This document shows, piece by piece, positions 26,001 to 38,700 of a DNA stretch of 64,000 nucleotides. Both the position numbers and the translations under genes were made by a program. The stretch spans positions 31,062,001 to 31,126,000 of the forward strand of contig OZ038378.1 of the NCBI GenBank assembly GCA_964036045.1, in the 5' to 3' direction. This stretch comes from Eutreptiella sp. 'Long Island Sound 2002'. Lineage: Eukaryota > Protista > Euglenida. Under the pieces are notes generated by a model. It had not been told where the DNA came from, made no database searches, and saw nothing but the letters and a program-made list of their open reading frames with translations. The first letter of the stretch is position 1. Each line of letters begins with the position of its first letter.

Positions 26001-29000
26001 TGACGTAGCGATCCCGCCCTCTTTTGGCCCCCGAGGGGGCATGGGTGATGCAGCCAATTCTTATTTTCTCCCCTCGCTTGGCGTTGGGGATGCCCGAGAA
26101 TGCACGGGTGACGTAGCCATTCCACCCACTTGTGGGCCCCCCGAGAAGGTAGAGGTCAAGCAGCCAATTCTGATGAGGATAGAGTCACGGTCGGGGCTAT
26201 GTTTCTTGCACTAGTGACCTTCATATGGGGCTCGCACCGGACGTGTTCCGTGGGCACGTTTGGTTTTTCATGGTGCACCGTTCACGGTGCACGGGCTTTT
26301 GGTACCACTAATGAGGCCCTTGCGACAGGACATGCCATCCCCTTGACAGGCCAATTTTTGCTTTTTGTCGCAATGACCAGTGATCCGACCTTGTTGCGGT
26401 GGACCGGACGGTTTGGTCCAGAATGTGAGTTTCGGAATGGGCATGTGGTTTTTTTGGATGCCCAAATGGATGCCAATGGTCGTTGGGTCATTCCAGTGGG
26501 CACCCTGTCTGCCTTGTCTTTGTCAAAACCACACAGGTGCCGGAATGTCCTCAGTTGCGTGCAGAGCCTCACGCCGGTATGGCACATACTAGCGTGCGGC
26601 CCACGGAAGCAACAGAATTTTGTTTGTTTTGTGGAGCGGCCATTGCTTTGGCAAGGATGCGCAATCGTGTGGCAGTGCACTTGCAGAAGGGAGAGGTGGT
26701 AAGTGACCCAAGGATGTGTGGTGAGGCCGAACCTTGCGGTTTCTGCCGTTGCCGTACAGGCACGTGCACCGCAAGCATCTTCCGAAGATGGTAATAGCTC
26801 CTCTTCTTCCTCATTTTCTTCCTCCTCTACCTCTTCTTCCAAGGTGGAAGTTCTCCCAAAAATGAAAGTTGTGCCCGGCAAGGGCACAAAGCAGCCCATC
26901 ACCACTCCCAAGCAAAGGTGCTAAGAAGCAATGCGCGGTGAAGACGTCAAGGCGCAAGAAGTAGGCGGAGGCACACGCACCCTAGACACATACGTTAAAA
27001 CCAATATTTCTTTGGCTATGGCTCTCGGGGCCGTCGCGCGTTCCCCGTGTCCCCCGTGGGGAAGTGTTGGCTCTGGGGGTTTTTGGGGTTGCCGAATCCA
27101 TTTCCGCGGTTGTTTTTGTGCGGTTTTGGGGTTTTTAGGGTCAGAGCCACTGTTGGAACTTGGCTCTCGCGTTCTGCGTGTCCCCGGTGTCCCCCTTTCC
27201 CCCCCATGGTGCCTTGCACGGGTCGCGCCCGTCGCGCACGTTTTTGTTTTTTGGCTCTCGGGTTGTCTTTGGGCACGGTTGCTCGTCGGGTGCGTTCTGC
27301 GTGTTTTGCAGGGTATTCTTTTAGGGACAGGGTCCGGCAACACGGAGGGGGGTTGGCTCCCCCGAGACCTGAGGGCTATTGGTAAGCCCTGCAGGGTCCG
27401 GTAGCCACCGGCAGGTATGTTCCCTGTTTAAAAGCGACACCGAAGTGCCAGTGACGTTGTGTAGGCCGCAGTCCTGTAGCACACAAGTAGTCCACAAGGC
27501 AATCCCTTGGTACGTGTTTGAACCCCAAGGGTGTTCCCGGCTAGAATGTTCCCAATGGGAACAATTCCCGCCGGAACAATTTCTTTGGGAACACCATTGG
27601 AACAAGTGTCGCAGGCCAGATAACCAAATCCATCACCATGAGTTTCCAAGTTCGTAAATGATGTTTTTCGTCTCTTTCTTGCGTGTGTAACGCGTCCAAG
27701 GCTTGTCTTTCCCATCGGGGCCATGTTGACATATTGTGGGCCGTTGGTGCCACCTTCCCCTAGGTGTACACATTTGGAACTTTTCGTATCCATTTGCAAG
27801 CCTGCTGTTCCTTGTAGTCCAGACGCACCGTTGTATGACTTTTCAACGTTGGCGTACCCGTTTTCCCGTTTGATTTGTGCATTGTGGCCATGCCTAGGGT
27901 CCCATTTTGGTATTTGTTCCTTGCCTGAATGCTCGCTGGGTCTACGGGCATCTTCCCCTAGAGGTATGTATTGCCAAATTTCGCTTCGTAGTTCATTGTT
28001 GTAGCTTCGGCATGCCTGCGACACAGACCCGGGTTCAGCAACTAACCGCCTACCTCATCCATTTGGCTAGTGCTGTTAGCCTCCAGGACGGGGATCTTGT
28101 TGGGGAGCTCATAGCGGAATGGGCCGTCTCCTCTTCAGTCACCCACTGCCAATTTGCGGTGGCCGTGCGCTTGGCCCAACCGAGCTGTGTCCGAGAGATA
28201 CAGCAAGGCTTTCCAGCAGCGCTGGCAAGATCTGCTAGCCCCCTTGGAGCTTGCCCCCCCGGTGAGCACATTGGATCCCACGGCCACAGGCATCAGTTGG
28301 CCATGGGCATCGTGGCTGCGCCACATTGCGAGCCAACTGCCGTTGTGCTGCATGATCGATTGGTCGTTACCCCTGACATGCATTGTCAGGGGGGATGGCT
28401 ACCCATGCGCAGATGGGGAGTGGTCCCAATTGTCCGTGTCCATCGCTTGCATGGGCTTTTGGGGACGCATTCCCGCCTGCGTGTGGGTCATCGGCCTCGC
28501 AATAGGCGGGGACAAAGCGATGGCGACCTTGGCAACCTCTCGGAAGCCAATATTAAGGTGTGCCGCATACACACCGTGTTGTTCCGGTGACGTTCCGATA
28601 ACTTGTTCCGGCGACGTTCCGGCGACGTTGAAGTGTTTTGTTGGAACCGTCACCGGAACAATTTGGTTCCAACAAAATTGATGTTTTGTTCTTAGGCCAT
28701 CCAGGAGGTTGTGGACACCCACCGGGTGGTCTACAACTCCCGCAAGCGAGCGGCCGGTGCCTGGCTATGTTTGGGTGCGGGTTTGGGCATGGGTTTGGTT
28801 TTGGGCTTGGGTTTGGGTTCGGGTGTGGGTTTGGGTTTGGGTTTGGGTTGCGGGTTTTGGCTTGGGCTTGCGTTTGGGTTTGGGTTTGGGTTGCGGGTTT
28901 GGGCTTGGGTTTAGGTTTGGGTTTGGGTTGCGGGTTTGGGCTGGGGTGTGGATTTGGGTTTGGGTTTGGGTTTGGGTTTGGGTTTGGGTTTGGGCTTGGG

Positions 29001-32000
29001 TGTGTGCATTGTGTTGGTGTGTTTTGTGTGTTACCCTGCCCCCCCCCCCCCCATGTCCCCTTCAGGGTTTGGGTTTGGCCTTGGGTTTGGGCTTGGGTGT
29101 GGGTTTGGGTTTGGGCTTGGGCTTGGGTTTGGGTTTGGGTTTGGGTTGCGGGTTTGGGCTTGGGCTTGGGTTTGGGTTTGGGTTTGGGTTGCGAGGTTGG
29201 GCTTGGGTGTGGGTTTGGGTTTGGGTTTGGGTTTGGGTTCAGGCTTGGGTTTGGGCATGGGTGTGTGCATTGTGTTGGTGTGTTTTGTGTGTTACCCTGC
29301 CCCCCCCCCCCCGTGTCCCTTTCGCTCCTTGCCCCCCTTTTGTCCCTTTCCCTGTTTGCACCCCTTTGTCTGTCTTTGAATGACAATTTTGATTTTAATT
29401 TTGATAAAAATGTTGAAAAAAAAAAAGAAGAAAGGTTTGTGCCTTCCCTTCAAAACCCCAGGCAGTCGACCTGGGGCCCAGCCACTGCGTGGCGGGTAGT
29501 TGGGTTTCACTCTCCCTTCCAAACCCCAGGCAGATGACCTGGGGCCCAGCCACCGCAGTGGCGGGTAATTGATCTACTTACCACGGTTCCCTAGCCCCCC
29601 CCCCCCCCCGGGGCTGCAGTGCGCCTTGTGCGCGCCCAGTACTGTGTGTATTTTCCACTGTTTTGGCGACGTTCCAACAACGTGTTCTGGCGACGTTCTG
29701 GCGACGTTCCAACGGTCACTGGAACGTCGCCACAACGTCGCCAGAATAAGTTACCGGAACGTCGCCGGAACAAGGTGTGCAGTGTGCGGTACCACACACA
29801 CACACACACACACACACTTCGGCGAGCCAATCTCCGCACGCAGTCATACATGGGTCTCCCTCGTTGATAGCACAGGGCGGCCGCGGCTTCCGCGGCAAGT
29901 ACTCCGATGGGGGACCAAACCGCGGCCCTCACCGCGGCCCTCACCGAGGCCATCGTCGCGGCGTTGCAGCCACTGCTACGGCGCACCCCGTGGGGGGACC
30001 CCCTCATAGCGGAGGACTCCGACCAGGGGGGTTGGATACGCGATGGAGCCCAGTACTATGGGGAGGAGTACTTCTGGCTGCCCCCGGGGCAGACTCCGCG
30101 ACAGTGGCGAGAAGAACATCGTCAAATGCGCGAGCAGCAGCAGCTTCACGCGAAGGAGGTCCAGCCCCAGCCCGAGCCCGACGAGGGTGCCGCGGCAGCA
30201 ACGGCGGCGGCGGCAGTGCTGGCGGCAGCAACGTTGGCAGCCAAGGCGGAGCTGGCTATTCAGCAAGCGGTCGAGGACGAGGAGGCTATTGTGCACATCG
30301 CGCGTGCCGGGGCCCAGCCAGGGCGAGCGGCCGCCACGGCGGAGTGGCCGGAGCTGCCGGCAACATGCGTGCCCCCGCCCACGACGCCCTCCCGGGGCGA
30401 GCCGGGCCGGAGGGCACAGGGGCGAGCCCGCGCCAGGGCGCGTCGAGCGGTCGCGTCGTTGGCAGCGGCGTCCACGGCGGCAGCAACCGCGGCAGCAGTG
30501 GCAGCGGCAGCGGACCACGAGGAGTCGACGGCGGCAGCGCACAGCGGTCTGGGCCTCATCGAGCAGGGGGCCATGGTATGCCTGCAGCGCACTGACCCCC
30601 TAGGCCTGTGGGGCCCAGTGGGGGCATGGGCGGATGAGCCCTGCCCCCTGTATGGCAAGTTGGAGGTGCAGGCGGCGTCCCCTAGCGCCCAGGACGCCAC
30701 CTGCGACTTTTTGGGCAGCCCGCAGGCTGCCAATGGCGCTGTCTTTGGCGCTACCGGTGCGCCTGGGGCTGGTGGGGACGCATCCCCCAGCGCCCAGGAT
30801 GCCATCTGTGCCTTTTCGGGCAGCCTGCAGGCAGCCAATGGCGCTGTCTGTGGCGCTACCGGGGCGCCTGGGGCAGGTGGGGACGCATCCCCCAGCGCCC
30901 AGGACGCCACCTGTGACTTTTCGGGCAGCCTGCAGGCTGCCAATGGCGCTGTCTGTGGCGCTACCAGGGCGCCAGGGGCTGGTGGGGACGCATCCCCCAG
31001 CGCCCAGGACGCCATCTGTGCCTTTTCGGGCAGCCCGCAGGCTGCCAGTGGCGCTGTCTGTGGCGCTACCGGAGCGCCTGGGGCTGGAGGGGATGCATCC
31101 CCTAGCGCCCAGGACGCCATCTGTGCCCTTTGGGGCAGCCTGCAGGCTGCCAATGGCGCTGTCTGTGGCGCTACCGGGGCGCCTGGGGCTGGTGGGGACG
31201 CATCCCCCAGCGCCCAGGACGCCATCTGTGCCTTTTCGGGCAGCCTGCAAGCTGCCAATGGCGCTGTCTGTGGCGCTACCGGGGCGCCTGGGGCTGGTGG
31301 GGACGCATCCCCCAGCGCCCAGGACGCCATCTGTGACTTTTCGGGCAGCCTGCAGGCTGCCAATGGCGCTGTCTGTGGCGCAACCAAGGCGCCTGGGGCT
31401 GGAGGGGAAGCATCCCCCAGCGCCCAGGACGCCATCTGTTGCCTTCTCGGGCAGCCTGCAGGCTGCCAATGGCGCTGTCTGCTGCGCTACCGGGGCGCCT
31501 GGGACTGGTGGGGACGCATCCCCCAGCGCCCAAGGCGCCATCTGTGCTGACCCCCCGGCCCTTACCCACTTATCTGGGTTCCGTGGGGGGAGGGGGGTGG
31601 AGGTGGTCAGGACCAGCCCCCCCCCCTGCCTTGCGTTGACCCAATGCCCTGGGGCATCAGGGGGCTGCATTGTTTTTGAGGAAGTCTTTCAGGGAGGGGG
31701 GAGGCAGCAGGAGATGCTGGAGGATGAGGTGTGCACCCGCGCGTGCATAGAGGAGCTCCAGGTGGCGACGCTGGAGCTCCTGATGGGTAGTTTTCGGGAG
31801 GGGGGGCTGCGCCTTTCTGCCCCCCCCTCCCCCATCAATTTATGCCCTAACCCGCCCCCGGGCCGCCTGCCCTGTGCGGCGCCCTGGGGGTCAGATTCTG
31901 TTTCATCTGGCGGGGGATGGGGCCTCACCCCCCCCCTCCACTGCCCTCGCCCCAGCCTCCTGCCCCCCAGACCACGGGGCCAGGGGAGGGGGGGCGTGGC

Positions 32001-32712
32001 GGCTCTGCCACCATCTTTGAGAGGGCCATTGGCCCAGCCCACCAGCGGTGGGAACGGAGGGGCCCTGCCGGTAGCCAGGGCCGCCGGCCTCCCCGTGAGT
32101 GGTGGGGCCCGGCTGGCTTTCGTTTCTGCTAGCCCAGTGATGTCACGGGCTAGGGAACCCCCCCCGTGCGATCCGAGCCCGCGCTCAGGGCACAAGGTGC
32201 GTACTTGGGGGGAGGGGGATCACAATCACCCCCTCCCACAGGTGCATCCAGCAGCTCCAGCGCTGGAGCTGGGGCAGTCGGTTTCCGCAACCGCCAGCCC
32301 GGAGGAGGTACATGTGGGGACGTCGGCTTCAACCGCCGCCGGCCCTGCGACAGAGGCGTGGGGGGTGGGGATTCCGGATCGTCCCCTCCCCCCTTCGTGG
32401 CCGCAGGCAGCGGCACGGGCGGTTCTGGGGCACAGCCCAGGAGGGGGGCACGCCCCCCCAGCAGGAGGCAAGGAGGCGCCGGCTCCGGCGCATCAGGGGG
32501 GCAGCAGGGTGCCGGTGATGGTGCACGGGAGAGCCTCAAGTGAGGTGACCTAAGTCAAGGGCGGACGTCCTTCCGCCGCGCCGCGACATACCGGGGGGCT
32601 GGGGGTGGGATAGGGCAGGCTTCACGCAGGCTCTAACCCGCTAACCCCTAACCCTCCCGTCGCAAGAGCGGCCAGGACATTAATAGCCATCAACCCTCGT
32701 TGATAGCACAGA

Positions 32713-32744
<32 letters not shown>

Positions 32745-35700
32745 CACACACCACACACCACAGACCAACCACAGACCAACCACAGACCACCAACCGCGGA
32801 CCACCAACCACAGACCACAGACCACAGACCACAATCCAACCACAGACCACAGACCACAGACCACCAACCACACACCACAGACCACATACCACAGACCAAC
32901 CACAGACCACCAACCACAGACCACCAACCACAGACCACCAACCAAAGACCACCAGCCACAGACCACAGACCAAAGACCACAAACCAGAGACTAAAGACCA
33001 CAAACCAGAGACTAAAGACCACAGACCACAGACCACGGACCACCAACCACACACCACAGACCACACACCACAGACCAACCACAGACCACCAACCGCAGAC
33101 CACCAACCACAGACCGCAAACCACATACCACAGACCAACCACAAACCACCAACCACAGACCACCAACCACAGACCACCAACCAAAGACCACAGACCAAAG
33201 ACCACCAGCCACAGACCACAGACCAAAGACCACAAACCAGAGACTAAAGACCACAAACCAGAGACTAAAGACCACAGACCACAGACCACGGACCACCAAC
33301 CACACACCACAGACCACACACCACAGACCAACCACAGACCACCAACCGCAGACCACCAACCACAGACCGCAAACCACATACCACAGACCAACCACAAACC
33401 ACCAACCACAAACCACCAACCACAGACCACCAACCACAGACCACCAACCAAAGACCACCAGCCACAGACCACAGACCAAAGACCACAAACCAGAGACTAA
33501 AGACCACAAACCAGAGACTGAAGACCACAGCCCAACAGACCACGGACCACCAACCACACACCACAGACCACACACCACAGACCAGCCACAGACCGCAGAC
33601 CACATACCACAGACCAACCACAGACCACCAACCACAGACCACCAACCACAGACCACCAACCACAGACCATAAACCACAGACTAAAGACCACAGACCACAG
33701 ACCACAAACCACCAACCACACACCACAGACCAACCACAGACCACCAACCGCAGACCACCAACCACAGACCGCAGACCACATACCACAAACCAACCACAGA
33801 CCACCAACCACAGACCACCAACCACAGACCATCAACCAAAGACCACCAGCCACAGACCACAGACCAAAGACCACAAACCAGAGACTAAAGACCACAAACC
33901 AGAGACTGAAGACCAAAGACCACAGACCACGGACCACCAACCACACACCACAGACCACACACCACAGACCAGCCACAGACCGCAGACCACATACCACAGA
34001 CCAACCACAGACCACCAACCACAGACCACCAACCACAGACCACCAACCACAGACCATAAACCACAGACTAAAGACCACAGACCACAGACCACAAACCACC
34101 AACCACACACCACAGACCAACCACAGACCACCAACCGCAGACCACCAACCACAGACCGCAGACCACATACCACAAACCAACCACAGACCACCAACCACAG
34201 ACCACCAACCACAGACCATCAACCACAGACCACAGACCAAAGACCACAAACCAAAGACCACAAACCAGAGACTAAAGACCACAGACCTCAGACCATAGAT
34301 CACCAACCACACACCACAGACAACAGACCGCAGACCACAGACCACACACCACACACCACAGACCACTCACCACAGGCCACCGACCACACACCACAGACCA
34401 CTCAGCACAGGCCACGGACCACAGACCACAGACCACAGACCACCAACCACGTACGATAGACCGCAGACCATAGACCACAGACCACAGACCAATTTCCTCC
34501 ATGTCATACGGGCCACTCGGGCCAGAAAAACTTTCCCCAAGAAGGTGTTCCGGCGACGTTCCAGTAAATGGTTCTGGCGGTATTCAAATCTTGAACACCT
34601 AAAAACACCGGAACGTCGCCGGAACGTCGCCGGAACAACTTGCTGGAACGCCGCCAGAACAATTTTCATTGCCCCCTCCTTTGCAACCACAGACCACAGA
34701 CCACATACCACAAACCACAGAGCACCAACCACAGCCCACAAACCACAGACCAAAGACCACACACCACACACCACACACCACAGACCACAGACCACTGAGC
34801 ACCAACCACAGCCCAAAGACCATAGACCGCACACCACACACCACACACCACAGACCACATACCACAGACCACAGAGCACCAACCACAGCCCAGAGACCAC
34901 AGACCACAGACCACAGACCATAGACCATGGACCACAGACCGCACACCACACATCACACATCACAGACCCACAGACCACAGACCATCAACCACAGACCACA
35001 CACCACAGACCACAGACCACCAACCACAGACCACAGACCACACACCATGGACCACACACCAGATCATCTACTGTGGGGTTCTCGGGTTCGCCCCAACCCT
35101 TCAATCCTACGTGACAATATAAACTCCTACCCCTTTTATTGGCGCGGGGCATGCACACATGCTATGACATTGCATGCGTACAAAAATATTTTTCATGATA
35201 CCTGCAAAGTGAAGCAAGCACGGGGGGAAGCAGGAGAGAAGGGGCACAAACTCAACAGACTCAACTGACCCACAACCCCCACAAGGGCCTACCCTTCCCC
35301 GGGGGGGGGGGGGGTTGGAGACTGACAACACCCGAGACTCCGCTAGACCACCCCCCCTAGGGTAGGACGGAACCTAAGCCAAGGCCTGGGCTAGGCCCTA
35401 GGTCGGGAGCCTGGGTTTTGGAAGGGAGAGTGAAAGAAAACCAAAAACCATTGCCAATCACCCGCCGCCCGAAAAGGGGTTCACAAAGAGACTACCACGA
35501 TGCGCCCTCACGGGCACCTTGCACAACAATGTATGTTACCATTTTACCCTTCCTCGTGCTTTGCTCTTAATGTAGGTTGCTTGTTCCGGCGACGTTCAAA
35601 TAACTTGTTCCAGCGGTGTTCCAATGGTGTTCTAACAAAAACTGTTTTTGAAAACAAGTTTTTTTCACGTTGCAACGCGGCGGACAACAAATATAAGCAT

Positions 35701-38700
35701 ACCAGCGGGGACCCCCAAGGCTAGCAAACAACAGATTTTGGTATCATGTAGGCTTGGTTGGGGGGTAAACAAATTTCGAACTTTTTTTGTTCCGGCCATA
35801 TAGCCTAGAACACTAGAACAATTTGGCTGGAACAACCTTGGGGTTCAAACTCGCACCAAGGGATACCAGGGCCACGAAGGCCACACGTTCTCCCATAGGC
35901 CACAAGTTGCACCCACGGCCACGCAGGCCACACCACCAGTCGCCTAAACAGTGCATCGTTGTCATCGCCTTCCGTAGCCCTTTTTTAGACGCAAAAGGTG
36001 ACTGGTCGTTGGATTTTGAAAAAGCACAGAAATACGAGCATCGGTGTGTCCTGTGTGTCTCGCGTGTCCTGCGTGCTGCCTTTGCACGTGTCCGTGCAAT
36101 CCGTTATTCGTCCCGCATGTCCTGCATGTTCTCCATTGCACTGGTCCTTGTGTCCAGGCATGGCGCTGCCGCTCTACCCGTCATCATACCAAGTCGCTGC
36201 GTCACACTTGGAGCAATGCGACCCAATGTCGGCGGCCGACGGCGAGCTTGGCACCGCCGCGGTGATATTTCAAATTAAGCAGCAGACCAGTGGGTATCAC
36301 GTGGGCTGGGTGCAAGGGGTCAAGGACATCAAAGACCCCAAGACAAAGGAAGTCGAGGACGGCCTCTACCTGTCGCAGGGGATTAGCTAACAAATACACA
36401 CCCGCGAGAACAAAAAGACCGGTGCCACGTAAGGGCGTATCGAGAACCAAAGGAGCCAAGGAAATTTGGCCGTGGCAATCAACAAGATCAAGAGCGGCTG
36501 TTTCCGGGGATTCATCCCAGATGAGGTGTGGGTGCGTCGTGCGCGTCGTTTGCGTTGGCTCTGTCTCTGTCCCTGGGCCCTGTCTGAATGTCGTGCCTGC
36601 TTTGCGCGTCCAGAGTCCCAGGCTCCTCTACTATCCCTAGGGACAGGGAAGCGTCGGGCGCGTCGTGCGCGTTCTCCACCTCCTGTACCCGTGTCCACAG
36701 CTGGAGAAGTCGAAGAAAGGGAAAGAGAAGTCAAAGAAGCAAAAGGAGAAGCAGAAGGAGAAGGAGCAGACAAAGAAGAAGAAGAAGGAGGGAAAGGAAA
36801 AGAAGACGAGGGGCCAAACTCCAAAGAAGAAGGAGGAGGAAGCGGCGGAGGAAGGGGACGAAGATGAAGAAGAGGAGGATGAGGAGGATGACGAGATTAT
36901 ACTTCTCGGCAAAAAGCAGGCCAGGGTGGCGTCGGCGAAGGCACAGGTGGCCAGGATGAAAGCGGCGGGGACCCGGATGGGGAGGCAGGTGAGGTCAACG
37001 TTGTTGGAGAGGATTGACCCCATGTCCCCGGACAGTGGCAAGGGAAGGTCCAGATCAGGGTCGGGCGGCGAGTCCAGCAGCAGCGGCAGCAGCAGCACCA
37101 GCACCAGCGTCGGCAGCAGCAGCAACAACGGTGACACCGAGCAGGACGAGCCAAGCAAGTTGGCAAAGACCAAAACTGCACTTCGCAATGTCGAATCAGA
37201 GGAAGTGGTCGCGCGGGCGAAAAAGCCACACTTTTACGTGGAGACCTCAGGGCGGCCCCCACGTGTGTTGCCTACCAGGGCAACCCGCCAAGAGAAGCAT
37301 AAGAGCAGCGATGCCCACCAGCGAAGTCTCCAATTCCTCGAGGAGTTCCCGCAGGAGTACGACGGCAACGCAGCTAGCAAGGGCGTTTACTCCGTGGGAC
37401 GCACTGGGCAGCAGACCACACTCACAACCGGTACAACAGTACTGGCAGCGATGATCTCATTGACAAGGAATGGGAGTGGGAGGACGTGCAGAACGCGGCC
37501 GACACGCGCATCGTCCCCGGGGACAAGTTCAGAGACAGCGTGCAGAACGCGCCCAGCGTCAGTGCGGACCAGAGACCAGCCGAGGGACAGTGTGGAGGGG
37601 GAGGAAACAGAAGGGGGACAGTTGACAGTGGGCAGTGGGCAGTGGGCAGCGCACACCAGCGGTGTGCTGGTACCCTCTGCAGTGTGCATTGTGGGGCGGG
37701 TGGCTGCCGCGCTGTGAGACCCTGCCTGGTTGGGGGCCTAGGCCGCACAACAACCGATCTCCTCCATCAACAACCCCCTATTGTGCGCATCCCCCCAGCG
37801 AGGAAGGCCGGCCCTCGCGGGAGGGCTGGGGCTGAATGGTGCGGTGGTTACCTAGGAAGCGGTGCATTCTGTGGCGGGGAAGGCCGGCGTTGGGGCAGCG
37901 GGCCCAAGAGGGGGACAGCGGGTGGCAGCGGCAGCGGGGGAGGAGGAATGGAAGGCGAGAAGGAAAGGTAAAGGGAGGTAAGGAGGTAAGGGAACCCAGC
38001 GCTCCGTGAGTCAGTCTTGGACGTGTGGACTTGTGATTGGTCTCGCGGGGCCTTTATAGCTGGGGCAGCTTCCCCTTGGGGAGTGGCGGAGCAATGTACA
38101 TACACATTTATATATTTGCGGCACTTCTTTGTCACAGTTAGTGTGCTGAGACGCGCACGACGCGCCCGACCCCCGCGACGCACTGTGCGGCCCCAGGGAC
38201 AGCATGGGGGACATCATGTAGGACGCGCGGAACGTTGTTGTGGCACCACGGACTGGTCTAGGGACAATGTGCACGACATGCAGAACGCATGCATCCCTTG
38301 TTAACAGCTCACACATGCCCTCATTAGGCCGTCTTTCGGAGGGGCCGCTCCCACGTTCCCAGTGCAAAAGTGATCCGTCGCAGCCCATACGACCCGGGGT
38401 CTGCAAGACTGGATGGATGCAACATTGATGAGGTTTGGGACTACATGCTGAAGCCAATAACCGGGCTGCAGTGTGCCATCCTCGTTGCAGAACACCAACA
38501 GCAACTCGTTCCATGGGTGGACAAGTACGTCGTGCGTGTCATGTGCTACGGCTCCGAACGTCGTGCGCGCTCTGCACGGTGGCCTCGTTTGTTGTTCCTC
38601 ACCTTGGCACCGTGTTCCTGCGCGTGCGTCTTAACCATTTGTAGGTACAATTCGTTCCTGATTTGCCTCGGTATGGTCCGGCCGGTACAAGTGGACGGCA

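Larger units (their letters stand above)
28580..35840. repeat. Clusters of a GTTCCGGCGACGTTCC / GGAACGTCGCCGGAAC motif in both orientations
   Basis: Clusters at ~28580-28680, 29655-29775, 34545-34670 and 35575-35640; weaker at ~27540-27610 and ~35800. Confidence 0.8.

Noticed and set aside
28770-29310. True chromosome end
   Set aside because: The array is internal, degenerate and flanked by other sequence on both sides.
30260-31670. Minus-strand ORFs of 391 and 356 aa
   Set aside because: They are antisense shadows of the GC-rich 105-bp coding repeat.
28553-35114. Long ORFs such as 28638..29537, 32690..33472 and 33497..34366 as proteins
   Set aside because: They are translations of TTTGGG and ACCACAG simple repeats that happen to lack stops in several frames.
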